From assembly GCA_035530295.1 (NCBI GenBank), contig DATKVB010000025.1, positions 114,552 to 178,551 on the forward strand: 64,000 nt of DNA. The letters are read 5' to 3'. The notes beneath the pieces are model-generated. The model saw only the letters and a list, made by a program, of their open reading frames with translations. It searched no databases and was not told the DNA's origin. The stretch is from a bacterium (GTDB lineage Bacteria; Spirochaetota; Spirochaetia; Treponematales; UBA12059). The position numbers were made by a program, and so were the translations under genes. Shown here piece by piece: positions 1 to 10,494 of the stretch (position 1 is the stretch's first letter; each line of letters opens with the position of its first letter).

Positions 1-601
1 TGAGCTGACGCACATGCTTGGTGTCAGCCGATCGTCCATACGCGAGGCGGTGCGCCTGCTGGAGGTTTCCGGACATGTGAAGGTTCATCAGGGCAAGGGC
101 ATATACATCGCCGACCCTGATCGCCCGGGACAAGGCGCGTTTACGCGATGGCTCAAGGAGAACGAGGCTTCGTTGGCCGAGGTCTTTGAGATGCGCATCA
201 TCATAGACTCGAAGGCCGCAGCGTATGCCGCGACCAAGGCCGACCAGGCTGACATCGACAAGCTTGAGGAAATATGCAATCGGTTCAAGGAACGCGCAGC
301 GGCCGAGAATCCCGCCGAGATGATAAAGCTCGATGAAGAATTCCACCTGCAGCTTGCGCGTTCCACCAAGAATCGCGCCCTGTACCTGATCATGAAGACG
401 ATGACCCAATCGCTTGATGAAGGCTGGGTTTCAAGCCTCAGCGTGCCGGGCCGCATCAAGAAGTCGGTACTGGAGCATTGTGCGATCCTTGACGCCATCA
501 AGCATCACGACGCCACCCTGGCCGAAGGCAAGATGGAAGCGCATCTGACCAATGCTCTCGCGGATATCAAGAAATCGATGAATACAACCGAGGGGGCATA
601 G
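1..601 (+). CDS. GntR/FadR-family transcriptional regulator (5' end outside window)
   Basis: wHTH signature LGVSRSSIREAVRLLE...G.G.Y followed by an FCD domain (DEEFH, EH.AILDAI); frame is open back to the window edge. Confidence 0.9.
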   Translation, partial: ELTHMLGVSRSSIREAVRLLEVSGHVKVHQGKGIYIADPDRPGQGAFTRWLKENEASLAEVFEMRIIIDSKAAAYAATKADQADIDKLEEICNRFKERAAAENPAEMIKLDEEFHLQLARSTKNRALYLIMKTMTQSLDEGWVSSLSVPGRIKKSVLEHCAILDAIKHHDATLAEGKMEAHLTNALADIKKSMNTTEGA

Positions 602-603
602 CG

Positions 604-1431
604 GTGAACAGGATAACGACACTGATCGAAAATTCTCCCGGAGAGCATCTGGCGCTCCGTTCCGAACATGGGCTCTCGTTCTGCATCGAGACCGGGCAGC
701 ACATGGTTCTCTTCGATACGGGTCAATCCGGAGCCTTCATGTCCAATGCCGCTCAGCTGAGAATCGATCTGGGCAAGCTTGAGTACGTAGTCCTGAGCCA
801 CGGCCATTATGACCATTCGGGCGGTCTGCGCTCATTGGTCGAGCTGACAGAAAAATTCGAGCTTGTGACGGGCCCAGGGTTCTTCAACGAGAAGTACGCG
901 GAGCGTAATGGATCATACGAATTCCTCGGGAACAACTTCGATCTGGACTTCATCAGGTCTTCGAGCCTCCGATACAGCCCCCTCTCAGACTCGATGCGCG
1001 AATTGGTGCCCGGCGTCTTTGTGCTTGGCGGCTTTCCGCGCATACACGCCAACGAGGTCATCAATACGCGATTCAAGCTGGCTACCGGCACCGGATTCGT
1101 GCCGGACAGGTTCGATGACGAAGTGATGGTCGTGGTAGATACACCCCGGGGGCTTGTCGCGATCCTCGGCTGTTCCCACCCAGGGATGAGAAACATGCTT
1201 GATTCGGTCCGGGAGCGGTTTGGCAAGCCAATCCGCGCGGTACTGGGTGGAACGCACCTTGTCGAGGCCTCGGGCGCCGGTCTGGATGCCTCGATACGGT
1301 ATTTGCAGGACAGTGGCATCGGTGCGATTGGCGTCTCGCATTGTACCGGACTGTCGGCCATGAAGATTCTTGGAGATTCGGAGCGGCGATATTTCCACAA
1401 CAGGACCGGCACCTCGCTGGCGCTGGATTGA
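604..1431 (+). CDS. MBL-fold metallo-hydrolase
   Basis: LFDTGQS, SHGHYDHSGGL (HxHxDH), GCSHPG, GGTHL and SHCTG motifs; GTG start. Confidence 0.85.
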   Translation: MNRITTLIENSPGEHLALRSEHGLSFCIETGQHMVLFDTGQSGAFMSNAAQLRIDLGKLEYVVLSHGHYDHSGGLRSLVELTEKFELVTGPGFFNEKYAERNGSYEFLGNNFDLDFIRSSSLRYSPLSDSMRELVPGVFVLGGFPRIHANEVINTRFKLATGTGFVPDRFDDEVMVVVDTPRGLVAILGCSHPGMRNMLDSVRERFGKPIRAVLGGTHLVEASGAGLDASIRYLQDSGIGAIGVSHCTGLSAMKILGDSERRYFHNRTGTSLALD

Positions 1432-1496
1432 TAGTAGCTGGTGCTTACAGCCTGCGCCTCTGAGCGCTGGCTTAGAACTTTGCCAAGGAGCGGATT

Positions 1497-2564
1497 ATGA
1501 AGAAGATCACGGTAGTAGCGATCCTCGCGATGGTTTCCATCGCAGTGGTGCTGTCCTCGTGCGGACCCGCGAAGCAAGCGGATGCCGCTGCGACAACCGC
1601 GGCGGTCGAGAAGATCGTCTGGAAGTCTTCTGGCCATGGACCGGCATCGGACCCATCCCAGATATACCATGACATGGTCTGCAAGGCTATAACCGAAGCC
1701 TCTGGCGGCCGCCTTGAGATCAAACCGTTCGTCGGTGGATCAATAGTGCCGGCGTACAAGGAAGTCGATGCCATCAATGATGGCGTCCTGCAGATGGCGT
1801 ATACCTGTCCGATGTACAACCTGGACAAGTGGCCAGCCGCTGGCCTCATCAGTTCAAGGCCAGGCGTTCTTCCCGGCGAAGCCCTTCGGTCATGGTTTGA
1901 TTTCGGCGGCGGCGCCGACCTCATGAACAAGATGATGGATGGCTACAACGTCATGACGTTCCCCGGCGCCCTTTCGCCGCTGCCGCAGGAAGTCTTCTTC
2001 CATTCCAAGGTGCAGCTCAGGACCATGGCTGACATCAAGGGACTCAAGGCCAGGTGCATGGGCGACGGTGGCGAAATTCTGAAGCGCCTTGGCGCGGCTA
2101 CGGTTATCATCCCCGGCGGAGAGGTCTACGAAGCCATGCAGCGCGGAACCATCGACGCGTTCGAGTATTCCACCCTGGCATCCGACTGGAATATGCACTT
2201 CAATGAAGTGGCCAAGTATGTATACATCTCCCCGTCGAGGGCTGCCGCCGACCCGCAGGTATTCTTCGTGAACAAGGATGCCTTCAACAAGCTTCCCGCC
2301 GATCTGCAGCAGATAGTCAAGAGCGTCATAGCCGACTACACCATGCAGCAGCACGAGTACCTCATATCCGAGTCGATCAAGGCGATGGAGAGCTTCAAGA
2401 AGGCTGGCAACCTGGTCGTTCAGGTTCCCAAGGCCATCGACGACGCGGTTACCGCAGAGGCGGACAAGTTCTACACCGAGAAGTCGGCCTCCGAGAAGCC
2501 GATATTCGCCGAGATATACAACTCCATGAAGGCATTCGGCGTAGCATACGATTCGATGAAATAG
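1497..2564 (+). CDS. dctP: TRAP transporter substrate-binding lipoprotein (DctP-like)
   Basis: Lipoprotein signal (VLSSC), ASGGRLEIK, GEVYEAMQRGTIDAFE; upstream of dctQ/dctM. Confidence 0.88.
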   Translation: MKKITVVAILAMVSIAVVLSSCGPAKQADAAATTAAVEKIVWKSSGHGPASDPSQIYHDMVCKAITEASGGRLEIKPFVGGSIVPAYKEVDAINDGVLQMAYTCPMYNLDKWPAAGLISSRPGVLPGEALRSWFDFGGGADLMNKMMDGYNVMTFPGALSPLPQEVFFHSKVQLRTMADIKGLKARCMGDGGEILKRLGAATVIIPGGEVYEAMQRGTIDAFEYSTLASDWNMHFNEVAKYVYISPSRAAADPQVFFVNKDAFNKLPADLQQIVKSVIADYTMQQHEYLISESIKAMESFKKAGNLVVQVPKAIDDAVTAEADKFYTEKSASEKPIFAEIYNSMKAFGVAYDSMK

Positions 2565-2592
2565 TCGAAGCCATAGAGCAGAGGAGCGGAGC

Positions 2593-3117
2593 ATGGCCAT
2601 CATTCGATGGATCTTGAAATTCATAGACTCGCTGAGCGAGGCCGCGGGATCGGTAGGCAAGTGGTTTGCCCTGGTTCTTGTGTTCGCCGGCACGTACGAG
2701 ACGATATCCAGGCATTTCTTCGGCTCGCCGACCATCTGGGCGTATGACACGCTCAGCATGGCTGGTGGCATCATCTATCTGCTGGGAGCATCGTTCGACT
2801 ACAAGCGGAGCGCGCACACCAGGGTTGACCTCATCTATTCATTGCTGCCGGCGCGGATCAAAGCGCTCATCGATGTGCTGATGTCGCTGTTGTTGTTCTT
2901 CCCATTGGTGACGGTCCTGCTCTGGTATTCCTTCACATGGACCGTCAAGGCATGGAGAATTCATGAGGTGATGTTTACGAGCTTCTGGTATCCGCCTGCC
3001 GGGCCATACCGGACCGTTTTCACCATTGGCTTGCTGCTCCTGTTGTTGCAGGGGCTGGCTCAGCTGGCGCGTGACATGCATATGCTGGTGAGAGGTACCC
3101 CAATTGATAAACCTTAG
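2593..3117 (+). CDS. dctQ: TRAP transporter small permease (DctQ)
   Basis: Four hydrophobic segments, PTIWAYD, HTRVDLIY. Confidence 0.88.
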   Translation: MAIIRWILKFIDSLSEAAGSVGKWFALVLVFAGTYETISRHFFGSPTIWAYDTLSMAGGIIYLLGASFDYKRSAHTRVDLIYSLLPARIKALIDVLMSLLLFFPLVTVLLWYSFTWTVKAWRIHEVMFTSFWYPPAGPYRTVFTIGLLLLLLQGLAQLARDMHMLVRGTPIDKP

Positions 3118-4450
3118 CCCCGAAGTAATAGCCATTGTCATGTTGGGTGGGGTATTCGTGCTGGTGCTGACCGGCTTTCCCATAGCGTTCGTAATAGGCA
3201 GCGTTGCCCTGCTCGTGGGTATTCTGGTCTTTGGGCCGACGACAACGTTCTCTATCCTGTTTGCGCGGTTTTACGACCTGTCGCTCAACTATCCGTACCT
3301 GGCAGTGCCGCTCTTCACGTTCATGGGCGTTATACTGCAACACTCGGGAATAACAAACGAGCTGTACGAGAGCCTGTACGATGCCCTGGGGCGCCTGCGT
3401 GGCGGTCTGGCCATAGTGACGATCGTCTTTGGCACCATCCTCGCGGCGTGCCTTGGCGTGATCGCGGCCTCGGTCACCATACTGACCCTGATGGCGCTCG
3501 GCCCGATGCTCAACCGCGGATATGACCGGGGCATCGCGTCCGGATCAATCGTGGCAGCGGGCACACTGGGAATACTGATCCCACCCAGCATCATGCTGAT
3601 TGTCTACGCCCCGCAGGCGGGATTGTCGATAGGCCAGATGTTCATGGGCGCGATAGGCCCGGGATTGCTGTTGTCGTTCCTGTACATCGTGTACGTGGCA
3701 ATACGATGCGGCATAAATCCCAAGCTTGGCCCGCCCATACCCAGGGATCAGATGACACCGTTTACACCGGCCAAGGTGTTGCGGTTGCTCAAGTCGATGC
3801 TGCCACCGGTGCTCCTGATCGCGGCTGTGCTCGGTACCATCTTCACTGGCATAGCGCCACCTACCGAAGCCGCTGCCGTAGGTTCCGCGGTGTCCATCCT
3901 GCTTGCGGTAGCATACAAGAAGTTCAGCTTCAAGATGCTGCTGACCGCCTCTATCGAAACACTGAAGGTGAGCGCCTTCGTGGTGATGATTGCCGCGATG
4001 TCATACGCGTTTGTAGGCATTTTCATGAATGCCGGCGCGGGCGATGTCGTGGCCGAGATGATACTGGCAGTTCCTGGAGGCAAATGGGCTTCATTCGCGG
4101 TTGTCATGCTGATTGTCTTCATTCTCGGCATGTTCATAGAGTGGATAGGCATCGTCTTCATCGTGGTGCCGATATTCTCCATCATCTTTGCCAAGCTTGG
4201 CTTTGATCCGCTGTGGGCCGGCATGATGGTCGTGGTCAATCTGCAGATGGCCTTCATGACGCCGCCTATGGCGATGTCCATTTTTGTACTCAAGGGTACG
4301 GCTCCAAAGGAGCTTAACCTGACCATGGGTGACATCATCAGAGGTGTGCTGCCGTTCGTGGGCATAGTCGGTGTCGTGCTGGTCATCATGGTGGTCTTTC
4401 CGCAAATCATCACCTGGCTGCCGGGCTTGATGTTCCACAGCGTTCGGTAG
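3104..4450 (+). CDS. dctM: TRAP transporter large permease (DctM)
   Basis: AVPLFTFMG, GTLGILIPPSIMLIVY, PTEAAAVG, FMTPP; TTG start overlapping dctQ. Confidence 0.92.
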   Translation: MINLSPEVIAIVMLGGVFVLVLTGFPIAFVIGSVALLVGILVFGPTTTFSILFARFYDLSLNYPYLAVPLFTFMGVILQHSGITNELYESLYDALGRLRGGLAIVTIVFGTILAACLGVIAASVTILTLMALGPMLNRGYDRGIASGSIVAAGTLGILIPPSIMLIVYAPQAGLSIGQMFMGAIGPGLLLSFLYIVYVAIRCGINPKLGPPIPRDQMTPFTPAKVLRLLKSMLPPVLLIAAVLGTIFTGIAPPTEAAAVGSAVSILLAVAYKKFSFKMLLTASIETLKVSAFVVMIAAMSYAFVGIFMNAGAGDVVAEMILAVPGGKWASFAVVMLIVFILGMFIEWIGIVFIVVPIFSIIFAKLGFDPLWAGMMVVVNLQMAFMTPPMAMSIFVLKGTAPKELNLTMGDIIRGVLPFVGIVGVVLVIMVVFPQIITWLPGLMFHSVR

Positions 4451-4566
4451 CTCGCCAGAGAAGTCCGCTGCGCGCTTGTTGCCACGATCAGGAGTCACGC
4501 AAGACACCTGATCGTGGCTTTTCTTGGTTGTAATGACTGCGGGCATTCGCTAGAATGACCAGTGCG

Positions 4567-5337
4567 ATGATACGCACGGCGCTTTCCTCGTCGGCCCTGA
4601 TCGGGGCAGGCATAGATCAGGTCCTCGAGACAGCCACTGCCGCCGGTGTGCATGGCGTGGAGTGGACCGCGGACGGTTTTCTGGAGCCCGGAGACATCGA
4701 CACCGCGGGCACCGCGATGATGGCCACGCTGCGCGCGGGGCTCAGCACCGTGTCATACGCAACGCTCTTCCGGGCCGGTCTGCACGGCAGGGCCGCCTTT
4801 GGCAAGGCTCTTGCGACGACCCGGGAGCTGAACGCGCCGGTGCTCAGGCTCTGGGCCGCGCCTCGTGGCTCCTCAATCGCCGCAGACAACGCAGCCTTCC
4901 TCGACGTGGCCAGGTCTCTGGGCGACGAGGCAGGACCTCTGGGCGTTACACTTTGCTTTGGCATCGAGCCCACCACGATACTCGATTCATGCAGGACAGC
5001 CGCGGCCCTCATGTCCACCATAGATCATCCATTCGTCAAACTGGCATGGGAACCTCCCGATGACGTTCCCTTCGACGATGTGATGGAGGCTTTCTCGTCA
5101 GCCTCGGGGCAGGTTGGCCTGTTTTCAATCAGGTCAGAGGTCGCCGGTCGCCCCAACGAGGACTGGCTCGAGTTTCTTGACTTGTTTGACGAGCAGGGCG
5201 GCAGTACCGACATGACGCGAAACATCGTGATACGTTCGATGGAGGCAGGCGACGCCGGACGTCTGGCCGCCTGCACCGCCTCGCTGAAGGGCTGGAGCAC
5301 ATTGCTGCGCCGGTATCACCGCAGACGCATCTATTAA
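4567..5337 (+). CDS. Sugar phosphate isomerase/epimerase-like TIM-barrel protein
   Basis: GVHGVEW, LNAPVLRLWA and IDHPFVKLAWEP resemble the AP-endonuclease-2/xylose-isomerase-like family; the track start at 4555 lies inside a -10 box, so ATG 4567 is preferred. Confidence 0.6.
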   Translation: MIRTALSSSALIGAGIDQVLETATAAGVHGVEWTADGFLEPGDIDTAGTAMMATLRAGLSTVSYATLFRAGLHGRAAFGKALATTRELNAPVLRLWAAPRGSSIAADNAAFLDVARSLGDEAGPLGVTLCFGIEPTTILDSCRTAAALMSTIDHPFVKLAWEPPDDVPFDDVMEAFSSASGQVGLFSIRSEVAGRPNEDWLEFLDLFDEQGGSTDMTRNIVIRSMEAGDAGRLAACTASLKGWSTLLRRYHRRRIY

Positions 5338-5407
5338 TCCACCGGCCACTCCGGCCGGCCACAGTGCCAACCACCTCCTGCTCCGTTGACGGACCGTCGC
5401 GTGGATG

Positions 5408-5439
5408 ATATGATACTGTATACAGATACAGTATCATAT
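5408..5439. promoter_or_regulatory. Perfect 14-bp inverted repeat, candidate operator upstream of argG
   Basis: ATATGATACTGTAT-ACAG-ATACAGTATCATAT, about 20 bp before the argG start. Confidence 0.6.
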
Positions 5440-5458
5440 GGCGACAAGGAGTCAAGTC

Positions 5459-6721
5459 ATGGCGACAAAAGTAGTTCTTGCCTATTCGGGCGGATTGGAC
5501 ACTTCGGTAATACTCAAGTGGTTGCTGAACAAGGGCTATGAGGTTATATGCTTCATGGCCAATGTCGGTCAGCAGGAGGACTTCGACAAGGCACGCGACA
5601 AGGCGATGATGCTTGGAGCCTCCAAGGTCTTCCTTGAGGATCTCCGTGAAGAATTCGTGACCGATTACATATTCCAGGCGCTCAAGGCCAACGCCCTGTA
5701 CGAGGGACGTTACCTGCTCGGCACGTCACTTGCACGCCCAGTCATAGCCAAGCACCAGGTGCGCATAGCCAATCAGGAAGGCGCCCAGTATGTAGCCCAT
5801 GGCGCTACCGGCAAGGGCAATGACCAGGTACGTTTCGAGCTGACCTATGCCGCACTGGGGCCGCAGCTGAAGATCATATCGCCATGGAAGGATCCGGAAT
5901 TCCTGGCCCAGTTCAAGGGCAGGACCGACATGCTCAAGTATGCCGAGGCACAGGGCATACCGGTATCGGCAACGGTCAAGAAACCATACAGCGAGGACGA
6001 GAACCTGATGCACATCAGCCACGAGGCCGGCATCCTCGAGGATCCAGCCCGCGCGGCGACGGAAGACATATACTCGCGGACCAATTCCCCGCGTATAGCC
6101 CCGGATGAAGAGACGCTCATAGACATCGAGTTCAAGGATGGCCTGCCGGTGTCGGTGTTCAACCGCTCCGATGGCAAGAAAGTCACCGGCAACCTGGCCA
6201 TGTTCCTGTATCTGAACGACCTGGGCCGCATCAACGGCATCGGCCGCATGGACATGGTGGAGAACCGCTTTGTTGGCATCAAGTCCCGCGGCATATACGA
6301 GAGCCCCGGAGCCACTATCCTGTGGGCCGCCCATCGCGACATCGAAGGCATCGCGATGGACAAGGAAGTGATGCACCTGAAGCTGATGCTTGAGCCAAAG
6401 TTCTCGGAGTACCTGTACAACGGGTTCTGGTTTGCCCCGGAGATGGATTTCCTGATGGCGGCTTTCAACCAGTCACAGGAGGCCATCGATGGCACCGTGA
6501 CGCTGTCCTTGTACAAGGGAAATGTGCTCGCCATAGCACGCTCGTCGCCGACATCGCTCTACAATCAGGAGCTGGGCAGCATGGACGTGGAAGGCGGCTT
6601 TGACCAGACCGATTCCAAGGGCTTCATCAGGCTGAATTCCATACGGCTCAAGGCCCACAACGTGATACTGGACAAGAAGCACATAGGGCTCTTCCATGTG
6701 ATCCAGCCCGAGGCTGACTAG
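5459..6721 (+). CDS. argG: Argininosuccinate synthase
   Basis: [59 protein letters not shown]. Confidence 0.97.
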   Translation: MATKVVLAYSGGLDTSVILKWLLNKGYEVICFMANVGQQEDFDKARDKAMMLGASKVFLEDLREEFVTDYIFQALKANALYEGRYLLGTSLARPVIAKHQVRIANQEGAQYVAHGATGKGNDQVRFELTYAALGPQLKIISPWKDPEFLAQFKGRTDMLKYAEAQGIPVSATVKKPYSEDENLMHISHEAGILEDPARAATEDIYSRTNSPRIAPDEETLIDIEFKDGLPVSVFNRSDGKKVTGNLAMFLYLNDLGRINGIGRMDMVENRFVGIKSRGIYESPGATILWAAHRDIEGIAMDKEVMHLKLMLEPKFSEYLYNGFWFAPEMDFLMAAFNQSQEAIDGTVTLSLYKGNVLAIARSSPTSLYNQELGSMDVEGGFDQTDSKGFIRLNSIRLKAHNVILDKKHIGLFHVIQPEAD

Positions 6722-6740
6722 CCGGAGGCTGTGAATCAGT

Positions 6741-6766
6741 GCGGCGGTTCCACGGAGCCGCCGCGC
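6741..6766. terminator. GC hairpin between convergent argG and the nitronate monooxygenase-like gene
   Basis: GCGGCGGTTCC...GGAGCCGCCGC stem, no U-tract. Confidence 0.4.
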
Positions 6767-6771
6767 CTCTA

Positions 6772-8214
6772 TCACTTCGCCCGCAGGAAGCTGAGTACGT
6801 CGGTAGCCGTATAGTCGGTGCCGAACCTCTGCAGTAGCTGGCGCAGCGAATCCAGGTGCTTGCCAACGGTGAGCAGCGGCTTCTCCATCCGGTTTCCCGC
6901 GTAGCTCATGCCCAGGCCGATGTTGGCCAGGAGAGCGTTGCACAGGCACCGCGCGTTGAGCGCCCTGGCTACAGCGCCACCCTTGGCCGCGAATACCGCC
7001 TCCGGCTCGGCCGGGCACCGATATCCTATGGCGCCGTCAGCTGCCTCGTACGGCTCGCGCAGTAGGCCCATGTTGCAGACTCGCCTGCGGGCCAGGAACT
7101 GCGTGATGTCCGAGAGCGTGTTCTGCAAGAGGCCAATTTTAAAGGGGTATCCTGTTGGTGATGCGTCAGGGTGCGTGAAGACGAGCGCTTTTCCCGCCTC
7201 GACCGCGTCAAGGAAGCGCTTCTTCAATTCCGGCACTATGCCGGATTCGCGGCAGAACGCGAACAGCGTACCCACCTGGATGCCCGCCGCGCCTTCTATC
7301 TTCGATGCCGGCAGCGAATCAGGCATGCTGTACGATCCGCCCAGCCAGAATGGTATGCCGAGCCCAACCATCTTCGCGTAGTCGACGCTGTCCTTGGGGC
7401 CGTATATCGGTTCTCCAGCGGCGTCGAGGGCAAGCACGCCTCGCGGTGGCGCGTTGTGGCCACCAGCCGTCTGGTTCTCCACCACGATGCCATCGACACG
7501 TCCCGAGGCCCTCGTGGCCATGGTCGCGGCCAGCACGTAGGAGGAGACAATGGCAAGGAAACGCGGCCGCTTCAGCGTCGCTGGTGGTGATGAAAGCACG
7601 GTGGCGGGATCGAAGCGCGCCACGAAGTGTTCGTCCTTTTGGGCGCCTTCCACATAGACGCGGATTTCACCGGGCTCGCCACGGGAATACCTGTCGAGCA
7701 GGCCGGGGATCTCTACAGGGATTCCTGCGCCCATCAGAACGTAATCAACGCCGGCCAGCATGGCTCCATAGATGGCCGCCGGATTGGGCAGCGATACTTT
7801 TTCAAGAAAATTGATGCCTACGACGCCATCGTGGCCCTCTTTGGCCAGGAATATCTCGACGAAGTTTGCCGCGACCGTCAGATCGTCGATAGACGACCCA
7901 GTGGTGGCATGCTGGTCTGACTCGCGGACTACCTCACGAAGCGGTATGCTCGAGAAATCATGCGTGTCCGCTGTGCCGACGGGATTGAACCATGCGGCGA
8001 GAACGCGGTCGGCGAGGCCGCTGTCGGGAAGGGCTGCAAGGCCCCTGCGCATGGCTCCACCCTGGTCACCCTGTTGCAGCCGCCTTGCGAACACGGTGTC
8101 GAGAGCTGTGCCGGATACGACGCCGAGCGCACCCTGCATGGAGACAGCACGCGCCAGTCGCCAATCAGAGACTCCTACGCCCATGCCGCCCTGTATTATG
8201 CTCGGGTATTCCAT
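6772..8214 (-). CDS. Nitronate monooxygenase / 2-nitropropane dioxygenase-like flavoprotein
   Basis: IIQGGMGVGVS, VLMGAGIP, AGGHNAPP, GIQVGTLF, C-terminal Cys motifs. Confidence 0.85.
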   Translation of the reverse strand: MEYPSIIQGGMGVGVSDWRLARAVSMQGALGVVSGTALDTVFARRLQQGDQGGAMRRGLAALPDSGLADRVLAAWFNPVGTADTHDFSSIPLREVVRESDQHATTGSSIDDLTVAANFVEIFLAKEGHDGVVGINFLEKVSLPNPAAIYGAMLAGVDYVLMGAGIPVEIPGLLDRYSRGEPGEIRVYVEGAQKDEHFVARFDPATVLSSPPATLKRPRFLAIVSSYVLAATMATRASGRVDGIVVENQTAGGHNAPPRGVLALDAAGEPIYGPKDSVDYAKMVGLGIPFWLGGSYSMPDSLPASKIEGAAGIQVGTLFAFCRESGIVPELKKRFLDAVEAGKALVFTHPDASPTGYPFKIGLLQNTLSDITQFLARRRVCNMGLLREPYEAADGAIGYRCPAEPEAVFAAKGGAVARALNARCLCNALLANIGLGMSYAGNRMEKPLLTVGKHLDSLRQLLQRFGTDYTATDVLSFLRAK

Positions 8215-8227
8215 GCAACTTCCTTGC

Positions 8228-8250
8228 TGACAATATACTGAATATTGTCA
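8228..8250. promoter_or_regulatory. Inverted repeat, candidate operator
   Basis: TGACAATAT-N5-ATATTGTCA immediately upstream of the nitronate monooxygenase-like gene. Confidence 0.55.
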
Positions 8251-8289
8251 AGCAATCATAGGGCAATGGACACCGAGCGTCAATGACGC

Positions 8290-9117
8290 CTACAGCCGCT
8301 TGGCTTCGTCCCAGTACGCGTCCATCATGGCAAGCTTGCCGTGCTCCATCGCCTCGCCTGCGGCGGCCATCCGTTTTTCAACGTGCCTGAAGCGTGCAGA
8401 GAATTTCTCCACGGCCCGGTGCATGGCTATGGCTGGGTCGACATGGTGCTTGCGCGCCACATTGACGACAGAGAAGAGCAGGTCACCGATTTCGTCCTCC
8501 AGCATGGCGCGCTCGGCGCTGTCGTCGCCGCCCGAGGCTGCCTTGGCTTCGATGGCCGCGCACGCCTCACGTGATTCGCGCAGCTCCTCCTCGAGCTTGT
8601 CCCAGGGACCAGTCTGATCTGGCCAGTCGAAGCCGACCTTGGCGGCGGCTTTCTGCAGCTTGTAGGCGCGCTCCAGCGGAGGAAATGCCTTGGAGACGGC
8701 ATCGAGTACAGAGTCCTTCTTGCGCCGGCCTTCGACGTGTTCCTTGATATCGTTCCATTGCTTGAGCACATCGTCGGAGCTGTTGGCCTTGGCATCGGCA
8801 AAGACATGGGGATGGCGGCGTATCAGCTTTTCGTTTGTCGATGTGATGGCATCCGCAGTCGTGAAGGCACCGGTTTCCTCGTATATGACGGCGAGCATCG
8901 CCGAGACCAGGAAGACGTCGCCTATCTCTTCCATGATGTGGGCGGGCTCGCCCTCGTTTATCGCCTCGACGCATTCATAGGCTTCCTCGATCAGGTTGCC
9001 ACGTACACTCGCGGGCGTCTGTTCCCTGTCCCAGGGGCAGCCCTCCGGAGCTCGCAGGCGGACAATGATGTCGTAGAGTTGCCCGAAGGCCTCGCGGGAA
9101 CGCTCTGTGTTGTTCAT
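8290..9117 (-). CDS. mazG: Nucleoside triphosphate pyrophosphohydrolase MazG
   Basis: LRAPEGCPWDREQT, EEAYE, EEIGD, KLIRRHPHVF, KAAAKVGFDW; tandem MazG domains. Confidence 0.95.
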   Translation of the reverse strand: MNNTERSREAFGQLYDIIVRLRAPEGCPWDREQTPASVRGNLIEEAYECVEAINEGEPAHIMEEIGDVFLVSAMLAVIYEETGAFTTADAITSTNEKLIRRHPHVFADAKANSSDDVLKQWNDIKEHVEGRRKKDSVLDAVSKAFPPLERAYKLQKAAAKVGFDWPDQTGPWDKLEEELRESREACAAIEAKAASGGDDSAERAMLEDEIGDLLFSVVNVARKHHVDPAIAMHRAVEKFSARFRHVEKRMAAAGEAMEHGKLAMMDAYWDEAKRL

Positions 9118-9387
9118 GACTGGCATTGTGCCGACGATGGAATCGTTGCGCAAGGTGCATTTGGGGCAGCTGGCAGCAGCAATGGAGTGCTGTTGCATAG
9201 ATGATGATTAGGCTTGGCGCAATAGTGCATAGACACCGCATAAAGTATGCATGATCGCCGCGTTTTGCCGATTGACAAGAACCTGGATATGCCGCATTGT
9301 GCGAACGTTTATTGACGATTGCAGCCGATGAAAGCCGCCGCGTCGAATGGCGGCATCATGGAATACGGAGGGGATAAGGTACAACAG

Positions 9388-10494
9388 GTGAAAGGGAGCG
9401 ACGTAGTCATCGAACATGTACGCAAGTCGTTTGGCGATTTCAAGGCGCTGGACGACGTGAGCGTATCGATCAAAAAGGGCGAATTTTTCTCGCTCTTGGG
9501 GCCATCAGGTTGCGGCAAGACCACCTTGCTGCGAATCATCGCGGGTTTTGAAAGCCCGGAAAGCGGTTCGGTACTGCTCGACGGCCTTGATGTACTGCCG
9601 CTGCCGCCCGACGGCCGCCATGTCAACACGGTCTTTCAGAACTATGCACTGTTCCCGCATCTATCGGTCTTCGAGAATGTGGCCTTTTCCATGCGTCTCA
9701 AGCGGGCGCCTGAATCCGCCATCAAGTCGCGGGTCGAGGAATACCTGCAACTCGTTGAACTGCAGGCCCATGCGAACAAGAAGCCTTCCCAGCTGTCAGG
9801 CGGGCAGAAACAGCGCGTGGCCATAGCCAGGGCGCTGATCAACGAGCCGTCGGTACTGCTCCTGGACGAGCCCCTCTCAGCTCTTGACGCAAAGCTGCGC
9901 CAGCACATGCTTATAGAGCTTGACGCCATCCACGACAAGATAGGCATCACCTTCATCTATGTTACGCACGACCAGCAGGAGGCGCTGTCGGTCTCGGACC
10001 GGATAGCCGTCATGAACCAGGGAGAGGTGCTGCAGATTGGCACACCGCAGGAGATTTACGAGGCTCCCGCCACCGATTTCGTCGCCAAGTTCATAGGCGA
10101 AACCAACCTCTACGAGGCCGACGTGCTGGCTGTTGCCGGCGAGATGGTCGATCTTCGGGTGGAAGGTCTTGGCACGATCAAGGTCACGGACATCGAGCCG
10201 CCGCCGGTTGGCTCCAGGGTCAGCTGGACCATCAGGCCGGAGAAGATACGTATTGGCTTCGACGAGCCCAGGTCGGCCCGCAACGGCATCAACGCGGCAC
10301 AGGGACTGGTCGATGAGCCCATCTATTCCGGCTTTCAGAGCAAGTTCTACGTCAAGACGCCGAGCGGCGCCGTGCTCAAGGTCATAAAGCAGCACGCCGA
10401 CTGGTCCGACGAGGGCCCGGAAATCGCCTGGAAGGATTCTGTCTGGCTGTCATTCAGTGCCGAGGACGCGTATATCGTCGAGGTGAAGCGATGA
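9388..10494 (+). CDS. potA: Spermidine/putrescine ABC transporter ATP-binding protein
   Basis: GPSGCGKTT, VNTVFQNYALFPHL, LSGGQKQR, LLLDEPLSALD, TOBE domain; exact start uncertain. Confidence 0.92.
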   Translation: MKGSDVVIEHVRKSFGDFKALDDVSVSIKKGEFFSLLGPSGCGKTTLLRIIAGFESPESGSVLLDGLDVLPLPPDGRHVNTVFQNYALFPHLSVFENVAFSMRLKRAPESAIKSRVEEYLQLVELQAHANKKPSQLSGGQKQRVAIARALINEPSVLLLDEPLSALDAKLRQHMLIELDAIHDKIGITFIYVTHDQQEALSVSDRIAVMNQGEVLQIGTPQEIYEAPATDFVAKFIGETNLYEADVLAVAGEMVDLRVEGLGTIKVTDIEPPPVGSRVSWTIRPEKIRIGFDEPRSARNGINAAQGLVDEPIYSGFQSKFYVKTPSGAVLKVIKQHADWSDEGPEIAWKDSVWLSFSAEDAYIVEVKR

